Assembly (NCBI GenBank): GCA_950097015.1
Contig: CATNEN010000003.1
Span: 6,262,001 to 6,326,000, forward strand
Direction: 5' to 3'
Length of the DNA stretch: 64,000 nt
Source: Macrostomum hystrix
Taxonomy: Eukaryota > Animalia > Platyhelminthes
Of this stretch, positions 58,378 to 64,000 are shown in pieces. The first letter of the stretch is position 1. Each line of letters begins with the position of its first letter. The notes beneath the pieces are model-generated. The model saw nothing but the letters and a program-made list of their open reading frames with translations, had not been told where the DNA came from and ran no database searches. Made by a program: the position numbers and the translations under genes.

Positions 58378-61300
58378 TTCAGCTTGGATGGACTTTGTGC
58401 AGCAGCCTCTACAGCGGTCGACATTGGCGTCGTTATTCAGTTCGTCCAGCAGCGTCCAACGATGCCCATTAAGGAAGCACAAGGCGAACAGGAAGCCTCG
58501 AACACCGTTCACAACGCAGCAGCTGATGGAGTTAGAAAACAAGTTTGTCTCCAAGCGATATTTGTCCATTGCAGGTGAGTGAATTATGACATTAATGAAT
58601 TTTGTAGGACTGATAAGACGAGACAGGTAGTATAGAGACATTAATAATAAAAATAATAATAATAAATTTATTACACCTGTCGCAATTGGGTCAGATGTGC
58701 AGCCGACAGCACAGCCGCAGCTATTGCGCGGCGCATCTGAAGGCTGCGCACGGCTGTTCAGTCCATGGACTGGGGGGGGACGCCACACCCACCCTCAATT
58801 ACCCCAGCTGATGCTGGTACCCATTTAGCAGATGAGTGAACAGAAGCAACTCACAGTTAAGTTTCGTGCTAGAGGATACAGACAGGTTGGATAGAGACGG
58901 GTAGGAGAGTGACAGGAAGGATAGAGACAGGTAGCATAGAGACGGGTAGGATAGAGACAGGTAGGATAGAGACAGGTTGGATAGGCGACATGTAGGATAG
59001 AGACAGGTAGGATAGAGACGGGTAGGATAGAGACAGGTAGGATAGAGACAAGTAGGAGAGAGACATGTAGGAGAGAGACAGGTAGGATAGAGATTCGTAG
59101 GATAGAGACAGGATACAGTAAATAGAGTAGGATAGAGACAGGTAGGAAGGAAGCAGGCAGGAAGGAGGCAGGTAAGATGGAGGCAGGTAGGACGGAGGCA
59201 GGTAAGATGGAGGCAGGTAGGACGGAGGCAGGTAGGACGGAGGCAGGTAGGAAGGAGGCAGGTAGGATGGAAGCAGGCAGGACGGAGGCAGGTAGGATGG
59301 AGGCAGGTAGGACGGAGGCAGGTAGGAAGGAGGCAGGTAGGATGGAGGCAGGTAGGACGGAGGCAGGTAGGATGGAAGCAGGCAGGACGGAGGCAGGTAG
59401 GAAGGAGGCAGGTAGGATGGAGGCAGGTAGGACGGAGGCAGGTAGGAAGGAGGCAGGTAGGATGGAGGCAGGTAGGACAGAGGCAGGTAGGACGGAAGCA
59501 GGTAGGAAGGAGGCAGGTAAGAAGGAGGCAGGTAAGAAGGAGGCAGGTAGGAAGGAGGCAGGTAGGATGGAGGAAGGTAGGACGGAGGCAGGATAGAGAT
59601 AAAAAAATATCATGAGTCAAAGCCAAGCTGTAATTAATAACAAACTAAAATGGTTTCGCCAGAATGACGGTAACTTTACAATATGCTAATTTCTAGTTTA
59701 AACGGTGGGTTGGGACCCATATTTAAAAGTGATTAGAAAATGCAATTTGCCAGCCTTCAAATTTAGCTTAAACCAAATTCGTGCCATTAACAGTTTAGGC
59801 TGCATGGGATTTAACCAAGCGTGTTTTGAGTTCTCTGAGCTAATGAGTCGTAAAACTGAAGTGACACGAGTTATCAAGCGTCCTAGCGGAGAGAGGGGGT
59901 GCTTAAGAGGTGAGAAGTTTAGAATTAATTTTCTTATCTAAATTTTGACACTTTCACACCGCGGTTGAGTTTTGTGTCGTGGGTCAATATCGTCTATAAC
60001 CCCACTCTTTGTTCAGATTGGTCCATGCTAAAAATAGAATCACCATCTTTTGAAGGATATAAATTAATTATTAATGATGGAATTTAATGAGCGGAATAAT
60101 TTTAAATATAAATCTAAAGGATTGAATCTCATATAGTTTCGTCTTGAATTTTTCCAAGCTTTAAACACCTGACATATCACTGTTGCTATGACATTTGACA
60201 GACTGTTCATAGCTCAGTCCTCTAAACTAAAATCTTTGTTATGAATTCTCAATTCCAACTTTCATTTCGTAATTTAGTTCCATAAAAATAGCAATTGTTC
60301 ACTAACTAAACAAGTAATTCTCAAATTCTGGCTTCTCTCCAATCGGCCTCTTCCCCTTACTCTCTACCCTCTCCCCTCCTGTCCTCTCCCCTCCTGTTTT
60401 CTCCTCTCCAATCTTCTCCCCTCCAGTCCTCTCCCCTCTAGTCCTCTCCTCTTTAGTCCTCTCCCCTCCAGTCCTCTCCCCTCTAGTCCTCTCCCCTCCA
60501 GTCCTCTCCCCTCCTGTCCTCTCCCCTCCAGTCCTCTCCTCTCCCGTCCTCTCCCCTCCTGTCCTCTCCCCTCTAGTCCTCTCCTCTCCCGTCCTCTCCC
60601 CTCCTGTCCTCTCCTCTCCCCTCCTGTCCTCTCCTCTCCCGTCCTCTCCCCTCCTCTCCTCTCCCCTCTAGTCCTCTCCCCTCCAGTCCTCTCCCCTCCA
60701 GTCCTCTCCCCTCCTGTCCTCTCCCCTCCAGTCCTCTCCTCTCCAGTCCTCTCCCCTCCAGTCCTCTCCCCTCCTGTCCTCTCCCCTCCAGTCCTCTCCT
60801 CTCCCGTCCTCTCCCCTCCTGTCCTCTCCCCTCCAGTCCTCTCCTCTCCCGTCCTCTCCCCTCCTGTCCTCTCCCCTCTCCCGTCCTCTTTACTCTCTCC
60901 CCTCGATTATTAAAAAAAGTTAAGGACATAAAAATGGGTCTCTCAATACTCGCAAATAACATACATCCCTTTTTGTGAATTTTCTACCACAGAGCGGGCC
61001 GAATTCTCCTCAAAGCTGAGCCTGACCGAGACTCAGGTGAAAATTTGGTTTCAAAATCGGCGCGCCAAAGAGAAGCGCCTCCAGGAGGCCGAGTTTGAGA
61101 AGCTGCGCCTCTCCAAACACTTTCTCAGCCAGCAGGACTTCGGTGAGAAACTGCTTACTTAGTGTGCGATGGAACAGGCAGGAAGAAGAGAGAGTGAAGA
61201 GGGAGAGAGTGAAGAGGGAAGAGAGTGAAGATGGGAGAGAGTGAAGAGGGGAGAGAGTGAAGAGGGGAGACAGTGAAGAAGGGAGAGAGTGAAGAGGGGA

Positions 61301-62414
61301 GAGAGTGAAGAGGGGAGAGAGTGAAGAGGGGAGAGAGTGAAGATGGGAGAGAGTGAAGAGGGGAGAGAGTGAAGATGGGAGAGAGTGAAGAGGGGAGAGA
61401 GTGAAGAGGGGAGACAGTGAAGAAGGGAGAGAGTGAAGAGGGGAGAGAGTGAAGAGGGGAGAGAGTGAAGAGGGAAGAGAGTGAAGAAGGGAGAGAGTGG
61501 AAAGGGAGAGAGTGGAGAGGGGAGAGAGTGAATAGCGGAGAGAGTGAAGAGGGGAGAGAGTGAAGAGGGGAGAGAGTGAAGAGGGGAGAGAGTGAAGAGG
61601 GGAGAGAGTGAAGAGGGAAGAGAGTGAAGAGGGAAGAGAGTGAAGAAGGGAGAGAGTGGAAAGGGAGAGAGTGGAGAGGGGAGAGAGTGAAGAGGGGAGA
61701 GAGTGAAGAGGGGAGAGAGTGAAGAGGGGAGAGAGTGAAGAGAGGAGAGAGTGAAGATGGGAGAGAGTGAAGATGGGAGAGAGTGAAGAAAGGAGAGAGT
61801 GAAGAGGGGAGAGAGTGAAGAGGGAGAGAGTGAAGAGGGGAGAGAGTGAAGAGGGGAGAGAGTGAAGAGGGGAGAGAGTGAAGATGGGAGAGAGTGAAGA
61901 GGGGAGAGAGTGAAGAGGGGAGAGAGTGAAGATGGGAGAGAGTGAAGAGGGGAGAGAGTGAAGATGGGAGAGAGTGAAGAGGGGAGAGAGTGAAGAGGGG
62001 AGAGAGTGAAGAGGGGAGAGAGTGAAGAGGGGAGAGAGTGAAGAGGGGAAAGAAGGGACAGAGATACGAGAAATCTAAGAGTTAGAAAGGCTAAAATAAA
62101 TGCTACAATTGAAAATGATGGCTCAGAATGAAAGAAGCATTACACTAACCAGAGTATGAGTACAGCATAGGAGTCAGAATGAAGATGCGGTACAGTCGCT
62201 ACTATTGGGCGTACAGCTGTTCAGTCCATGGCTACCTTATGCTCATCTGCTCACGGTAACTGTTCTCAAACGATTCTCAGAGTTCGCAGCCCTAGCTGTC
62301 ACCGGCCTTCTAAACTTCAAGGAGCCCGCGGCAACAGCGGCAGCCGCCTCCGGGACGTCCGGCAGTGCCGCAACCGCCGGCTCGCGTCCTAGACTCGAAC
62401 CATCGACCTGCTAA
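58229..62414 (+). CDS. MSX: Msx/Msh homeobox transcription factor (exons 58229-58574, 60993-61142, 62281-62414)
   Basis: eh1 motif FGIDDLL, polyQ17, and [26 protein letters not shown]|[34 protein letters not shown], which is diagnostic for Msx. Confidence 0.95.
58672..58870 (-). mobile_element. SINE family A copy, 5'-truncated
   Basis: Shares CAGATGTGCAGCCGACAGCAC..GCTATTGCGCGGCGCATCTGAA..GCTGGTACCCATTT with 15585-15850; flanked by an (AAT)n tail. Confidence 0.7.
58875..59598. repeat. Purine-rich 15-bp minisatellite in Msx intron 1
   Basis: GGAGGCAGGTAGGA(C/T/A) and GATAGAGACAGGTAG units. Confidence 0.95.
60345..60903. repeat. Pyrimidine-rich 15-bp minisatellite at the end of Msx intron 1
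   Basis: GTCCTCTCCCCTCC(A/T) units. Confidence 0.95.
61183..62050. repeat. Purine-rich 16-bp minisatellite in Msx intron 2
   Basis: GAGAGTGAAGAGGGGA units. Confidence 0.95.
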
Positions 62415-62504
62415 TGGATTCTTTTCTAATAATTAGCTAAACTTTTTGCTTACTTTTAGACTGAAATTTTGTTTGCTAATACGAATGTAATATGCCCCCT
62501 AAAC

Positions 62505-62727
62505 CTGTCCTTCAGGACCTTAGCTGATCTCTTACCCCCTACCCTTCAGGACCTCAGCTGATCTCTTTCCCCCTATCCTTCAGGACCTCAGCTGATCTCT
62601 TACCCCCTATCCTTCAGTTCCTCAGCTGATCTCTTACCCCCTATTCTTCAGGACCTCAGCTGATCTCTTATCCCCTATCCTTCAGGCAATTAATTGATCT
62701 CTTTCCTCCTATCCTTCAGGACCTCAG
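62505..62727. repeat. Minisatellite, ~34-bp unit
   Basis: CTTCAGGACCTCAGCTGATCTCTTACCCCCTATC units. Confidence 0.9.
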
Positions 62728-63614
62728 AAGCTTCAGAACCGATTTTTCACTTGGAAATAAATTTCAGTTTTTTTGCTTAAGGTTTAATTCGAGTTAATTT
62801 AACAAAAGAGCCACTATAGTTGCAGTAGCAATGTGGCAATTATAAATATTGATATGTATAAAAACTGCACTCGTTCTATAATTGTGTACATAACAATGAT
62901 ATATAATTTTTTTTATACCGAATGGCACATTAAAAAAGTTAACTTTTTGTTTTTTCAAACGTGATGCTATCCACACTTTCCTTTTGAAATATATACACCA
63001 TTAAAAAAGTTAAACTTCTTGTCTACTTGTCTGCTTAAATATTGTTAAAACAATCTATTATCAGTTGGATTGCTAAACCTTGCATCCAATTTCTCGACCC
63101 ACTGATCACAGTCAGTCATCATCTCATATCGGTGTTTTAAACTAAGGTTGAGGTTGAGAAGGCCGATAGCCAGAGTGAGCAGTTTATATTCTCCCTTGGG
63201 AAGACTTGCTCTATGATGCAGCAATTTTGATAACGGCTAGAAAGTTAATTAATTTTACACTCTGAGGAGAAGTATATTGGGGTGGGGATGGGGAAGGTTA
63301 GCCGCCTAGAAACTCCCTAGGGATGAATTTGAAACAAATTTACACGAGCTAATCGACAGAAGTGTGAGCTGGGCGAAGCAGATAAGAAAGCGCGGGTCAG
63401 GTCTCAGCTGTTGCTACTGTGTCAAGAAGTGTTTAAAGAGAAAAAATTGAAATCAACATCAAATCAAGCGTGTTATGAACGGGGGAGAAATTTGGAAGAA
63501 TTAATTTCAATTGCTGATGTGGAAAGAAATCTTCTGATTGCTGCTGAAAGTTTGTTGTGGGCGAAAACTGGAGAATGTTATTTAGGCTCCTAATTCGAAA
63601 AAACTGTGAATCTT

Positions 63615-64000
63615 GAAATTCTAAGAATCAGAAAAATTAAAAAATTCGGAAATTCTAAGAATCTAAAAGTTCTAAAAATCTAGAAATTCTAAGAATCTGG
63701 AAATTCTAAGAATGTAAAAGTTCTAAGAATCTGGAAGTTCTAAGAATCTAGAAATTCTAAGAATCTGGAAATTCTAGGAATCAGTAAATTCTAATAATCT
63801 GGAAGTTCTAAGAATCTGGAAATTGTAAGAAGAATCTGGAACTTCTAAGAATCTGGAAATTCTAAGAATCTGGAAGTTCTAAGAATCTGGAAATTCCAGG
63901 AATCAGTAAATTCTAAGGATCGGGAAGTTCTAAGAATCTGGAAATTGTAAGAAGAATCAGGAAATTCTAAGAATCTGGAAGTTCTAAGAATCTGGAAATT
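63615..64000. repeat. Minisatellite, ~17-bp unit (runs off the window)
   Basis: ATTCTAAGAATCTGGAA variants. Confidence 0.9.

Overview
This is eukaryotic, animal genomic DNA with spliceosomal introns, many minisatellites, SINEs and MITEs; its style suggests a free-living flatworm such as Macrostomum (inference, not verified). Left to right: (1) three tandem minus-strand ionotropic glutamate receptor-like genes (1-18 kb); (2) a same-strand minus cluster Rab9-like a, Rab9-like b, Tim17 and the GRIP golgin GCC1/GCC88 (21-39 kb), with a 5'-truncated RT/RNase H LINE in GCC1 intron 2; (3) MITEs and a Tc1/mariner relic; (4) a plus-strand SLC1/EAAT-family transporter gene (43-49 kb); (5) a CCDC66-like C-terminal fragment and an orphan two-exon ORF on the minus strand; (6) a plus-strand Msx homeobox gene (58-62 kb). 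Most notable: the three receptors share an almost identical 1.65-kb N-terminal-domain block, introns included, joined to strongly divergent ligand-binding domains with a non-canonical gate. Also notable are a Rab9 paralog with no genomic start codon that would be completed in frame by an AUG-ending spliced leader, a LINE flanked by a perfect 271-bp duplication, and an EAAT homolog lacking its key Na+, H+ and glutamate residues. Exon models were read by hand from splice signals and paralog comparison; no database searches were run.
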